Shown here: piece by piece, positions 20,701 through 32,300 of the stretch
How the letters are laid out: each line of letters starts with the position of its first letter
Position numbering within the stretch: position 1 is the stretch's first letter
Origin: Takakia lepidozioides
Lineage: Eukaryota > Plantae > Bryophyta
Assembly (NCBI GenBank): GCA_030704615.1
Contig: CM060733.1
Location: 41,912,001 to 41,976,000 of the forward strand
DNA: 64,000 nucleotides
Reading direction: 5' to 3'
The notes under the pieces: model-generated
What the model saw: only the letters and a program-made list of their open reading frames with translations
The model's database searches: none
What the model was told of the DNA's origin: nothing
Program-made: the position numbers and the translations under genes

Positions 20701-21348
20701 TCTGCAGGCACGACATTATGACTTGCGTGTATGGAAAGCCCAAGTACGACATACAAACAATGCCAGAGGCTCCCCCGGTGTGGCCGGTGGAACCAGGCTG
20801 CGATCTGAGTCAGGTTGAGGCCGACGCCCTTACCGCCGCAGGATTTCGGATGGTGCAGCGCACTGACGTCCCCAGACAACCATTTCCGCTTCCACAGCCT
20901 CCACCACCGACCCCTGTGAGAGCAAGAACAATGGGACACGACAGCTCTAAGCATCCTACACACCGTTGGGGGAACCCGAAGAGGCGGCGACCTCCCTCAA
21001 AAGTGAACGAGACAAGGATGGGGAATGCACTTCGGATGAACTGTACAATCCAGAGCTCGACAGAAGTGCCCCCACCAGGATTCGGGCGTGTGTATCAGAT
21101 GGCCACGGCGGGCTCAGCTGTTCGCAATGAGGTGTACACCATCACCATTTCAGAATACCACCTGCAATTGCACCGACTTCCAGATCATGGCGAACAAGGG
21201 GGCATCATACTGCCCTTGCAAGCATTTGTACTACGTGTACCTAAAGAGACTCCGTTGTAATTCCACAACTCATCACTTCATACATGCACCAGGGGTGAGC
21301 CCCCAGGAGGTTCACACTCTTCTGAATATGGATCCAGGGGACCAGTGA
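17757..21348 (+). pseudogene. MULE-family DDE transposase with GCM-like Zn domain and C-terminal SWIM finger (disrupted)
   Basis: CAGKLRC..C/CAHC/CIHVGVHCHP (GCM/WRKY-like); MFD, FMADN and CGFH; intron 19851-19933 restores the TNMAESVH catalytic-E motif; stop TAA at 20111 and later frameshifts; SWIM CNC...CKH at ~21160-21230. Confidence 0.82.
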
Positions 21349-22094
21349 GCTTGGCTTGCGGTCCCGATACAATGGTACGCCCATCCTTTTCGGATAGTAG
21401 AACTGTACTGCTGCCAGTACCTCAGACTCTGGCCACAGAAAGGTCCGACATATGTCTTGCCTACCAGTAACCTGTTTTGCTCGAACTAAGATATTACTAT
21501 ATTGTTCACTTGCTTCCACGTGCATGTATTTTTGTATGTTGGAGGGTTCATGTTTTTCTGCTTTCCGAAAACTTGCTTTCCTCATTCGACCTCCAACAAG
21601 GAAATGCGGCACCGCATTTCCAAGTATCGTCGTAGGTACTGGCAGAGGCGGCCTTCGCCAAAACCAAACCGCTCCGAAATTTCGCACGTGCGAACCCTAA
21701 TGCGGCACCTTATTTCCCAGTTCAGTTGCAAACCTTTCCCGCCGAATACCCGAAGAAGACAGAATTGTGAAGTACTGCAGACTGTATTGGTGCAGACTCC
21801 ATTGGTTCAATCGCGGCAAAAGGGTCAGCTTCATTCCAATGTTAAGGCATGTAAAACCGCGGAATACTCTATACAGGCCAGTATGCGACATCCTTTTGCA
21901 GTGGTATACTGGATTTCCCGTTGCACGGTCACTTATTTCCATGAGCGGATCTAAAAAACCATGAGCGGACTTGTTACTGACGACATGTCTTCGCCGCATT
22001 ACATGATCTGGAACGTCCAAAAACGGCAAGATCAAATAAAAAACTATTATTTTAATACTTGTTTAATCTGCCGCATTTCCAAATTTGGAGGAGT

Positions 22095-22201
22095 CCGCTC
22101 ATGAAATCCGCGTATCTTAGACTTCGGCTCACCGCTCATGCGGCTCATGCGGCTCATGCGGCTCATGGCTCATGGTTTCTGCTCATGAAATAGTAAACCT
22201 C
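22095..22201 (+). repeat. Putative DNA transposon terminus 2: (GGCTCATGC)n then GCTCATGAAATAGTAAACCTC
   Basis: Same end as 17490-17510; family B-type internal sequence follows. Confidence 0.75.
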
Positions 22202-24199
22202 AGAATTTAGTCATCCGCAGTCGTTCGCACATTACTACCAAATCATGCGTATTTGGCTGCCAGTGGCAACTAGGACTAAAGTTCTTCCGAACAATCGACA
22301 TATTGAAGATCATCACTTTGCACAATACTGGCACGAGGCAGGTACCATGTTGAGGGAATTAATTGCTTTCCAGGTTGTACATGGACTCATTTATACGAAG
22401 ACCAAGGAGGTAGCAAGCATTGTCATGGGATGCGGGTTATACTACGCTGCTTGTTTTCTGGTACGTTACCACATTGAAGCAACAAAAGATGCAACACGCT
22501 TTCTGAGTTATTCCAGTGGAGATCATTGGGTATTACCTTTGGTGCCACCTCATATGTACCTATATGACCCAAAAGTTATGATGCAAAAAGATTCTCAAAT
22601 TCGTTCATGGTTTCAAGCGGCCTGGAACCATTTGTCAACACAGAAATTCGGCATTGATGACATTTTCTATAAGGGACATGTGGCATGGAAATACTTGCAC
22701 GCTGCACCAGTAATTGGTACCCCACTCACCTGGACAAGACAAGGAGCTCAGTGTCTACACCAATTTTGCTGTTCAGCGGTTACACCAAGTTGTAAAATAC
22801 AAACTTCCAGACATGGTAGGATAGCATTGTATGCCCAGATGATATTCCACAAAAAGTTCGGAAATTAAAACACCTGAGAGGCGATGAGGATTCTGAAACA
22901 ACTGTTTCTTCAACCGAATTCTTTGACATGGGAGAAGACTATGCAGTTCAGATGGCAGAGAAGAAGCGAAGGGGGTCTCCTATGCCGGAAAGGTTACCTC
23001 GATATCGCCTCCAGAGGGCCTCACTTATCCAGGTAGTGATCAACCATCTCGTCAACAGAGAGACAGACCTCGGGCTCGTACACACAAGTCCCCACGAAAC
23101 TCTCACCGTCAAGAAGGTGCTCACTCACAAAGGTTTGCTAGTCGAAATCAGTAAACCGTGAGGACACGGGCTTTTGGGGGGAGAGGGATGTTAGAGGACT
23201 GTCGGGGACTTAGACACTTATAACGGGATCTGTAGGGTACCCTTAATTTTGCACAGACTGAGACCAACAGGAGCCTTAGGGGGTGACAAGCAGCGCACTG
23301 TAGAAGGGGGGTTACACAGCCCGTCACAGTCGTCACAGCCGACACAGCCACCACAACCCGTCAACAGTCATCACAGTCGTCCAGCCGACACAGCCAACAC
23401 AGCCGTCACAGTCGTCACAGCCGACACAGCAACACAGCCGTCCCAGTCGTCACAGTAGTCACAGCCCGACACAGCCAACACAGCCAGTCACACAGCCCGA
23501 CACAGCCAAACACAGTCGCACAGCCATCACAGCCCGTCACAGTTTCACCCCTCCAGTCCAGCTTGACACAGCTGTCACGATCATAGGGAACGAAGAGTAG
23601 GACAGGAACGACTGTGGGGAAACAACACCTGCGAAGGGAACATGTTAGTTCACAGACACGGTTAGTGAGGGAAACGGTTAGAACCCCGATGAGGAAGATA
23701 AAGGGAGAAACGGGGATTGAGGGACATCATTCCGGAGGAGGACTTCTTGGTGATAGAGGAGAGGGGATCGGGCAGAGATGAAGAACGGAAGTGAAGATAG
23801 AGAGATATGATAGATGCTTGATATATGCAAGGCTGTAATGATATTGTAGAGTAGATTAGAGCACAATGGCTTCGCCTGATAACCTGATAAATCATAATCG
23901 GATACTTTTACGATACAATCACCTATGTAGAGAGATCTGAGTGAAGCTGTGGAATGAATGGATGAGTTAATGGAATCCAATAGATATGATAAAGCAAACT
24001 GATACTTAATATCAATGGTAAGATAGTTTAACATGAATACCAAAAGGGAAACAAATAGGAAACACCCCCATGATACACTAGCTGTAGGTCATGACTGATT
24101 GTTCTGCGCGGGCTGAGTACTTAGAGATTCCAACTCTTCAATCTTGGAGTTTCCGCCTCGAATAGCGAAGGGATGGGTGAGCAAAAGAGCCGCGCGACA
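22202..24199 (+). mobile_element. Family B-type element, 3' part (internal remnant, PPT 23176-23188, 3' LTR 23189-24199)
   Basis: 22933-23188 is homologous to the reverse complement of 56228-56488; LTR tgttagagg...cgcgaca. Confidence 0.88.
22245..22868 (+). CDS. Unknown 207-aa ORF, probable alternative 3' extra ORF of a family B variant
   Basis: Long ORF with globular-protein composition upstream of the shared 3' segment. Confidence 0.4.
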   Translation: MRIWLPVATRTKVLPNNRHIEDHHFAQYWHEAGTMLRELIAFQVVHGLIYTKTKEVASIVMGCGLYYAACFLVRYHIEATKDATRFLSYSSGDHWVLPLVPPHMYLYDPKVMMQKDSQIRSWFQAAWNHLSTQKFGIDDIFYKGHVAWKYLHAAPVIGTPLTWTRQGAQCLHQFCCSAVTPSCKIQTSRHGRIALYAQMIFHKKFGN

Positions 24200-24427
24200 G
24201 GCCAACTCCAACTGGCCGCGGGCCAACTCGGAGCTTCGCTGCTCATCGGGGCATAAACGGTCCCCTTTTACTCCTCCACCAAACCCTCTCCCAATTTGGG
24301 CCTAGTGGAAATTCCCTTTGGTCGATGGCAGTCCGGCATAGCTTCCCCACACCTTGGTCGCTTTCCCGGCTCGCACGCTTACTCACTATTTTTGGACACC
24401 AACGGGCTTGCACCGTTCTCGGGGTTA

Positions 24428-24726
24428 CTACTACTCCCCTATATATACTTTTGTGACTGTCCGCGGGGTTTCCACAAACAACACCACCATTTTATGGCGA
24501 ACCACCACGAAAACCCTCGATTCCCGTGATGAGTCGCGGTGATCTTGGCCCACCCACCACGTTCCCTTGGACCGTGATTAGTCCCAAGACTCCCACGACT
24601 GCCCACCACAAGGTCTCCGCCCCCATGGTGAGTCCTATGCCACCCCCACTAAGTCCCCTAAGCTCCACCACACCCACCTTGTGGAGCCACCCGCACCGCA
24701 AACCGCGTGTGCGGGGCTCCACCTAG
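24428..24726 (+). mobile_element. Possible non-autonomous Helitron (~300 bp)
   Basis: 3' hairpin cccgcac...gtgcggg (24690-24715), then CTAG (24723-24726) followed by T. 5' ctactactcccctatatata resembles plant Helitron starts but lacks the initial T. Confidence 0.45.
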
Positions 24727-24763
24727 TGAAGTGCCTCCGCCTCCTCGAGTGCCTTGGGCACTC

Positions 24764-25832
24764 TGTCGCGCGCTTTTCTCACCCATCCCTTCGCTATTCG
24801 AGGTGGAAACTCCAAGATTGAGAGTTGGAAATCTCTAAGTACTCAGCCCGCGCAGAACAATCAGTCATGACCTACAGCTAGTTATCATGGGGGTGTTTCC
24901 TTCCTATTTGTTTCCCTTATGGTATTCATGTTAACTATCTTACCATTGATAATTAAGTATCAGTTGGCTTTATCAATCTATTGGTTCCATCAACTCTCCA
25001 TTCATTCCACAGCTTCACTCAGATCTCTCTACACAGTGCGCATGTATCGTAAAAGTAATCCGATTATGATTATCAGGTATCAGGCCGAAGCCATTGTGTT
25101 CCTCTAATACTACTCACAATATCATAACGCCTTGCATATATCAAGCCATATCTACTCATCATCTCCTCTATCTTCACTTCCGTCTTCACTCTGCCCGATC
25201 CCCCCCTCTCCTCTCACCAAGAATTCCTCCTCCGATGCTGTCAAAATCCCCTCTGTCATTCCCCGTTTTCCCTTTTATCTTCCTATCCGCGGTTCTAACC
25301 GTTTCCCTCACTAACCGTCGTCTATGAACTAACATGTTCCCTTCGCAGGTGTTGTTCCCCACAAGTCGTTCCTGCCTACTCGTCGTTCCCTATGATCGTG
25401 ACAGCTGTGTCAGCTGTGACTGGCTGGGTGAAACTGTGACGGGCTGTGACTGGCTGTGTGGCTGTGCCGGCTGTGTCGGCTGTGTCGGCTGTGTCGTACT
25501 GGTGACGGCTGTGATGGCTGTGTTGGCTGTGACGACTGGGAACGGCTGTGTTTGGCTTGTTGGCTGTGACGAACTGTGACGGGCTGTGTTGGCTGTGTGG
25601 GCTGTGACGGCTGTGTGGGCCTGTGATTGTTTGTGTGGGTTGTTTGACGGCTGTGTAACCCCCCTCTACAGTGCGCTTCTTCACCCCTAATGCTCCCTGT
25701 GGGTCTCAGTCTGTGCAAAATTAAGGGTACCCCTACAGCTCCCATATAAGTGTCTAAGTCCCCGACGTCCTCTACATTTACCTCCCCCTTCCACCCCTCA
25801 AAGCGTGTCTCCCGTTTACTGTTTCTACACAT
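24764..25832 (-). mobile_element. Family B 3' LTR (24764-25776) plus PPT, truncated by the assembly gap
   Basis: Homologous to the other B LTRs; pyrimidine tract at 25780-25797; indel-rich, low-quality sequence. Confidence 0.85.
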
Positions 25833-26332
25833 NNNNNNNNNNNNNNNNNNNNNNNNNNNNNNNNNNNNNNNNNNNNNNNNNNNNNNNNNNNNNNNNNNNN
25901 NNNNNNNNNNNNNNNNNNNNNNNNNNNNNNNNNNNNNNNNNNNNNNNNNNNNNNNNNNNNNNNNNNNNNNNNNNNNNNNNNNNNNNNNNNNNNNNNNNNN
26001 NNNNNNNNNNNNNNNNNNNNNNNNNNNNNNNNNNNNNNNNNNNNNNNNNNNNNNNNNNNNNNNNNNNNNNNNNNNNNNNNNNNNNNNNNNNNNNNNNNNN
26101 NNNNNNNNNNNNNNNNNNNNNNNNNNNNNNNNNNNNNNNNNNNNNNNNNNNNNNNNNNNNNNNNNNNNNNNNNNNNNNNNNNNNNNNNNNNNNNNNNNNN
26201 NNNNNNNNNNNNNNNNNNNNNNNNNNNNNNNNNNNNNNNNNNNNNNNNNNNNNNNNNNNNNNNNNNNNNNNNNNNNNNNNNNNNNNNNNNNNNNNNNNNN
26301 NNNNNNNNNNNNNNNNNNNNNNNNNNNNNNNN
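25833..26332. other. Assembly gap (500 N)
   Basis: Run of N; true distance unknown. Confidence 1.
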
Positions 26333-29300
26333 TCAGTCTTCGAGAGCAGGTTTATGATGATGAAATAACCATTCAGTGGCAGCTCAAACAGTGTGCGTTG
26401 GCGCACATGTTTGAGCTAAAGATGTAAGTGTTTTTCCGATTGAAATTCGGCATTTAAGGCACGTTTCTGAGGATGAAAGAATCCCTCACTGGCAGCTCAA
26501 ACAGTGTGCGTCAACGCACAATGTTTGAGCTGTACATGTCACTGTTTTTTGTGTTTTAAATTCGGACTTTCCAGGGGGGTTTTGATGCTGAAATAACCAT
26601 TCAGTGGAAGATCAAACAGTGTGCGTGGCGCACACTGTTTGAGCTGAACATGTAAGTGTTTTTTTCGAGTTTTTAATTCAGACTTCCAGGGCAGGTTTTT
26701 GATGATGACATAACCATCCCAGTGGCAGCTCAAACAGTGTGCGTTGGCGCACACTGTTTTGAGCTGAACATGTAAGTGTTTTTTCATATTGAAATTCGGC
26801 ATTTACGGCACGTTTATGAGGATGAAAGAATCCCTCACTTGCAGCTCAAACAGTGTGCGTCAACGCAAACTTTTGAGCGGTACATGTCACTATTTTTTGG
26901 TGTTAAATTCGGACTTCCAGGGCAGGTTTATTGATGATGAAATAAACCATTCAGTGGGAGCTCAAACAGTGTGCGTTGGCGCATACTGTTTGAGCTGAAC
27001 ATGTAAGTGTTTTACCCGAGTTAAATTTGGACTTTCCAGGGCAGGTTTTATGATGAAATAACCCATTCAGTGGCAGCTCAAACAGTGTGCGTTGGCGCAC
27101 ACTGTTTGAGCTAAACATGTAAGTGTTTTTTCCGATTGAAATTCGGCATTTAGGGCCCGTTTAGAGGATGATGAAAGAATCCCTCACTGGCAGCTCATTA
27201 GTGTGCGTCAATGCACGATGTTTGAGCTGTACATGTCTCTGTTTTTTGGTGTTAAATTCGGACTTCCAGGGCAGGTTTTGATGATGAAATAATCATTAAG
27301 TGGCCAGCTCAAACAGTGTGCGTTGGCGCATAGTGTTTGAGCTGAACATGAAAGTGTTTTTTCAGATTGAAATTTGGCCATTTAGGGCACGTTTCTGAGG
27401 AATGAAAAAAGAATCCCTCACTTGCAGCTCAAACAGTGTGCGTCAATGCACGATGTTTGAGCTGTACATGTCACTGTTTTTTTTTTTGTTACATTTGGAC
27501 TTCCAGGGCAGGTTTTTGATGATGAAATAATCATTCGTGGCAGCTCAAAAAGTATGCGCCAACGGCACATTGTTTGAGCTGAACATGTAAGTGTTTTTCA
27601 TATTGAAATTCGGCATTTAGGGCACGTTTGGGAGTGTGAAAGAATCCCTCACTGGCAAGCTCAAACAGTTGTGCGTCAACGCACACTGTTTGAGCTGTAC
27701 ATGTCACTGTTTTTTTGGTGTTAAATTCGGGACTCCAGGGAGGTTTTTGATGCTGAATGATGAAATAACCATTCAGTGGAAGATCAACAGTGTGCGTTGG
27801 CGCACACTGTTTGAGCTGAACATGTAAGTGTTTTTTCCGAGTTAAATTCAGACTTCCAGGGCAGGTTTTTGATGATGACATAACCATCCAGTGGCAGCTC
27901 AAACAGTGCGTTGGCGCACACTGTTTGAGCTGAACATGTAAGTTTTTTTCATATTGAAATTCGGCATTTTACGGACGTTTATGAGGATGAAAGATCCCTC
28001 ACTGGCAGTCAAAAGTGTGCGTTCAACGCAAACTGTTTGAGATGTACATGTCACATATTTTTTGGTGTTAAATTCGGACTTCCAGGGCAGGATTATGATG
28101 ATGAAATAACCATTCAGTGGGAGCTCAAACATGTGCGTTGGCGCATTGTTTGAGCTAAACATGTAAGTGTTTTACCCGAGTTAAATTTGGACTTCCAGGG
28201 CAGGTTTATGATGAAATAACCATTCAGTGGCAGCTCAAACAGTGTGCGTTGGCGCACACTGTTTGAGCTAAACTGTAAGTGTTTTTCCGATTGAAATTCG
28301 GCATTTAGGGCCCGTTTCTGAGGATGAAAGAATCCCTCACTGGCAGCTCAAACAGTGTGCGTCAATGCCGATGTTTGAGCTGTACATGTCTCTGTTTTTT
28401 TGGTGTTAAATTCGGACTTCCAGGGCAGGTTTTTTGATGATGAAATAATCATTCAGTGGCAGCTCAAACAGTGTGCGTTGGCGCATAGTGTTTGAGCTGA
28501 ACATGAAAGTTGTTTTTTTTCAGATTGAAATTTGGCATTTAGGGCACGTTTCTGAGGATGAAAGAATCCCTCACTTGCAGCTCAAACAGTGTGCGTCAAT
28601 GCACGATGTTTGAGCTGTACATGTCACTGTTTTTTTTTTGTTACATTTGGACTTCCAGGGCAGGTTTTTTGATGATGAAATAATCATTCAGTGGCAGTCC
28701 AAAAAGTATGCGCAACGCACATTGTTTGAGCTGAACATGTAATTGTTTTTCATATTGAAATTCGGCATTAGGGCACGTTTAGAGGATGAAGAATCCCTCA
28801 CTGGCAGCTCAACAGTGTGCGTCAACGCAAACTGTTTGAGCTGTACATGTCACATTTTTTGGTTGTTAAATCGGACTTCCAGGGCAGGTTTATGATGATG
28901 ACATAACCATTCCAGTGGCAGCTCAAATAGTGACGTTGGCGCATACTGTTTGAGCTGAACATGTAAGTGTTTTTTCCGTGTTAAATTCGGCTTCAGGGCA
29001 AGTTTTGATGATGAATAAAACCATTCAGTGGCAGCTCAAACAGTGTGCGTTTGCGCCCACTGTTTGAGCTGTCAATGTAAGTGTTTTTTCATATTGAAAT
29101 TCGGCATTTAGGGCACGTTTATGAGGATGAAAGAATCCGTCACTGGCAGCTCAAACAGTGTCGTCAACGTACATGTTTGAGCTGTACATGTCACTATTTT
29201 TTTGGTGTTAAATTCGGACTTCCAGGGGCAGGTTTTTTGATGATGAAATAACCATCCAGTGGCAGCTCAAAAAGTGTGCGTTGGCGCACACTGTTTGAGC

Positions 29301-32300
29301 TGAACATAATAGTTTTTTTCCGAGTTAAATTCGGACTTCCAGGGCAGGTTTTGATTGATGATGAAATAACCATTCAGGGCAGCTCAAACAGTGGCGTGGC
29401 GCACATGTTTGAGCTAAACATGTAAGTGTTTTTCCGATTGAAATTCGGCATTTAGGGCACGTTTCTGCTGAGGATGAAAGAATCCCTCACTGGACAGCTC
29501 AAACAGTGTGCGTCAACGCACACTGTTTGAGTTGTACATGCCACTGTTTTTTGGTTTTAAATTCGACTTCCAGGGCAGGTTTTTTGATGATGAAATAATC
29601 ATTCAGTGGCAGTCAAACAATGTGCGTTGGCGCACATTGTTTGAGCTGAACATGTAAGTGTTTTTTCAGATTGAAATTCGGCATTTAGGGCACGTTTATG
29701 AGGATGAAAAATCCCTCACTGGCCAGCTCAAAACGTGTGCGTCAATGCACAATTGTTTGAGCTGTACATGTCACTATTTTTTTTGGTGTTAAATTCGGAC
29801 TTCCAGGGCAGGTTTTTTGATGATGAAATAACCATTCAGTGGCAGCTCAAACAGTGTGCGTTGGCGCACACTATTTGAGCTGAACATGTAAGTGTGTTTT
29901 TTCCGAGTTAAATCAGACTTCGAGGGCAGGTTTATGATGATGATGAAATAACCATTCAGTTGCAGCTCAAACAGTGTGCATTGGCGCACACTGTTTGAGC
30001 TGAAAATTTAGTGTTTTTCAAATTTGAAATTTGGCATTTAGGCACGTTTCTGAGATGATTTCTGAGGATGAAAGAATCCCTCACTTGCAGCTCAAACAAT
30101 GTGCGTCAATGCACGATGTTTGAGCTGTACATGTCACTGTTTTTTTTTTGTTACATTTGGATTTCCAAGGCAGGTTTTTGATGATGAAATTATTATTCAG
30201 TGGCAGCTCAAACAGTGTGCGTTGGCGCACACTATTTGAGCTGAACATGTTAAGTGTTTTTTCCGAGTTTAAATTCAGACTTCGAGGGCAGGTTTATATG
30301 ATGATGAAATAACTAATCAGTTGCAGCTCAAACAGTGTGCGTTGGCGCACACTGTTTGAGCTGTACATGTCACTGTTTTTTCATATTGAAATTCGGCATT
30401 TAGGGCACGTTTCTGAGGATGAAAGGATCCCTCACTGGTAGCTCAAACAGTGTGCGTTGGCACAAACTGTTTGAGCTAAACATGTAAGTGTTTTTCCGAT
30501 TGAAATTCGGCATTTAGGGCACGTTTATGAGGATGAAAGAATCCCTCACTTGTCGCTCAAACAGTGTGCGTCAATGCACACTGTTTGAGCTGTACATATC
30601 ACTGTTTTTTGGTGTTAAATTCGGACTTCCAGGGCAGGTTTTTTGATGATGAAATAACCATTCAGTGGCAGCTCAAACATTGTGCGTTGGCGCACACTGT
30701 TTGAGCTGAACATGAAATTTTTTTTCCGAGTTAAATTTGGACTTCCAGGGCAGGTTTTTGATGATGAAATAACCATTCAGTGGAAGCTCAAACAGTGTGC
30801 GTTGGCGCACACTGTTTGAGCTGAACATATAAGTTTTTTTTCCGAGTTAAATTCGGACTTCCAGGGCAGGTTTTTGATGATGAAATAACCATTCAGTGGC
30901 AGCTCAAACAGTGTGCGTTGGCGCACACTCTTTGAGCTGAACATGTAAGTGTTTTTTCCGAGTTAAATTCAGACTTCGAGGGCAGGTTTATTATGATGAT
31001 AAAATAACCATTCAGTTGCAGCTCAAACAGTGTGCGTTGGCGCACACTGTTTGAGCTGAAAATGTAAGTGTTTTTTCAAATTGAAATTCGGCATTTAGGG
31101 CACGTTTCTGAGGATGAAAGAATCCCTCACTGGCAGCTCAAACAGTGTGCGTCAACGCACACTGTTTGAGCTGTACATGTCACTATTTTTTTGGTGTTAA
31201 ATTCGGACTTCCAGCACAGATTTTTGATGATGAAATTATTATTCAGTGGCAGCTCAAACAGTGTGCGTTGGCGCACACTATTTGAGCTGAACATGTAATT
31301 GTTTTTCCGAGTTAAATTCAGACTTCGAGGGCAGGTTATGATGATGATGAATTACCATTCAGTTGCAGCTCAAACAGTGTGCGTTGGCGCACACTGTTTG
31401 AGCTGAAAATGTAAGTGTTTTTTCAAATTGAAATTCGGCATTTAGGGCACGTTTCTGAGGATGAAAGAATCCTTCACTGGTAGCTCAAACAGTGTGCGTC
31501 AACGCACACTGTTTGAGCTGTACATGTCACTGTTTTTTTTGGTGTTACATTCGGACTTCCAGGGCAGGTTTTTGATGATGAAATAACCATTCAGTGGCAG
31601 CTCAAACAGTGTGCGTTGGCGCACATTGTTTGAGCTGAACATGTAAGTGTTTTTCCGAGTTAAATTTGGACTTCCAGGGGAGGTTTTTGATGATGGAATA
31701 ACCATTCAGGGGGGAAGCTCAAACACGCACACTTTTTGAGCTGAACATATAAGTGTTTTTTCCGAGTTAAATTCGGACTTCCAGGGCAGGTTTTTGCAGG
31801 TTTATGATAATGAAATAGCCATTCAGTTGCAGCTCAAACAGTGTGCGCCAATGCACACTGTTGAAGTTGAAAATATAAGTGTTTTTTCAAATTGAAATTC
31901 GGCATTTAGGGCACGTTTATGAGGATGAATGAATCCGTCACTGGCAGCTCAACACGTGTGCGTCAACGTACAGTGTTTGAGCTGTACATGTCACTATTTT
32001 TTTGGTGTTAAATTCGGACTTCTAGGGCAGGTTTTTGATGATGAAATAACCATTCAGTGGCAGCTCAAACAGTGTGCGTTTGCGCACACTGTTGAGTGAG
32101 GTCAATGTAAGTGTTTTTTCATATTGAAATTCGGCATTTAGGGCACGTTTCTGAGGATGAAAGAATCCCTCACTGGCAGCTCAAACAGTGTGCGTCAACG
32201 AAGAATGTTTGAGCTGTACATGCCACTGGTTTTTTGGTGTTAAATTCGGACTTCCAGGGCAGGTTTTTGATGATGAAATGATCATTCAGTGGCAGCTCAA

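Larger units (their letters stand above)
17511..22201 (+). mobile_element. MULE-like DNA transposon, transposase-bearing arm with one terminus
   Basis: Transposase pseudogene followed by a repeat-rich terminus; the other end is not visible. Confidence 0.7.

Noticed and set aside
17448-22201. Replitron or Helitron flanked by direct repeats
   Set aside because: The enclosed protein has MULE D-D-CxxH-E and SWIM motifs rather than HUH/Y2 Rep or helicase motifs; no CTAG ends.
25750-26427. ORFs spanning the poly-X stretch
   Set aside because: Artefacts of the N gap.
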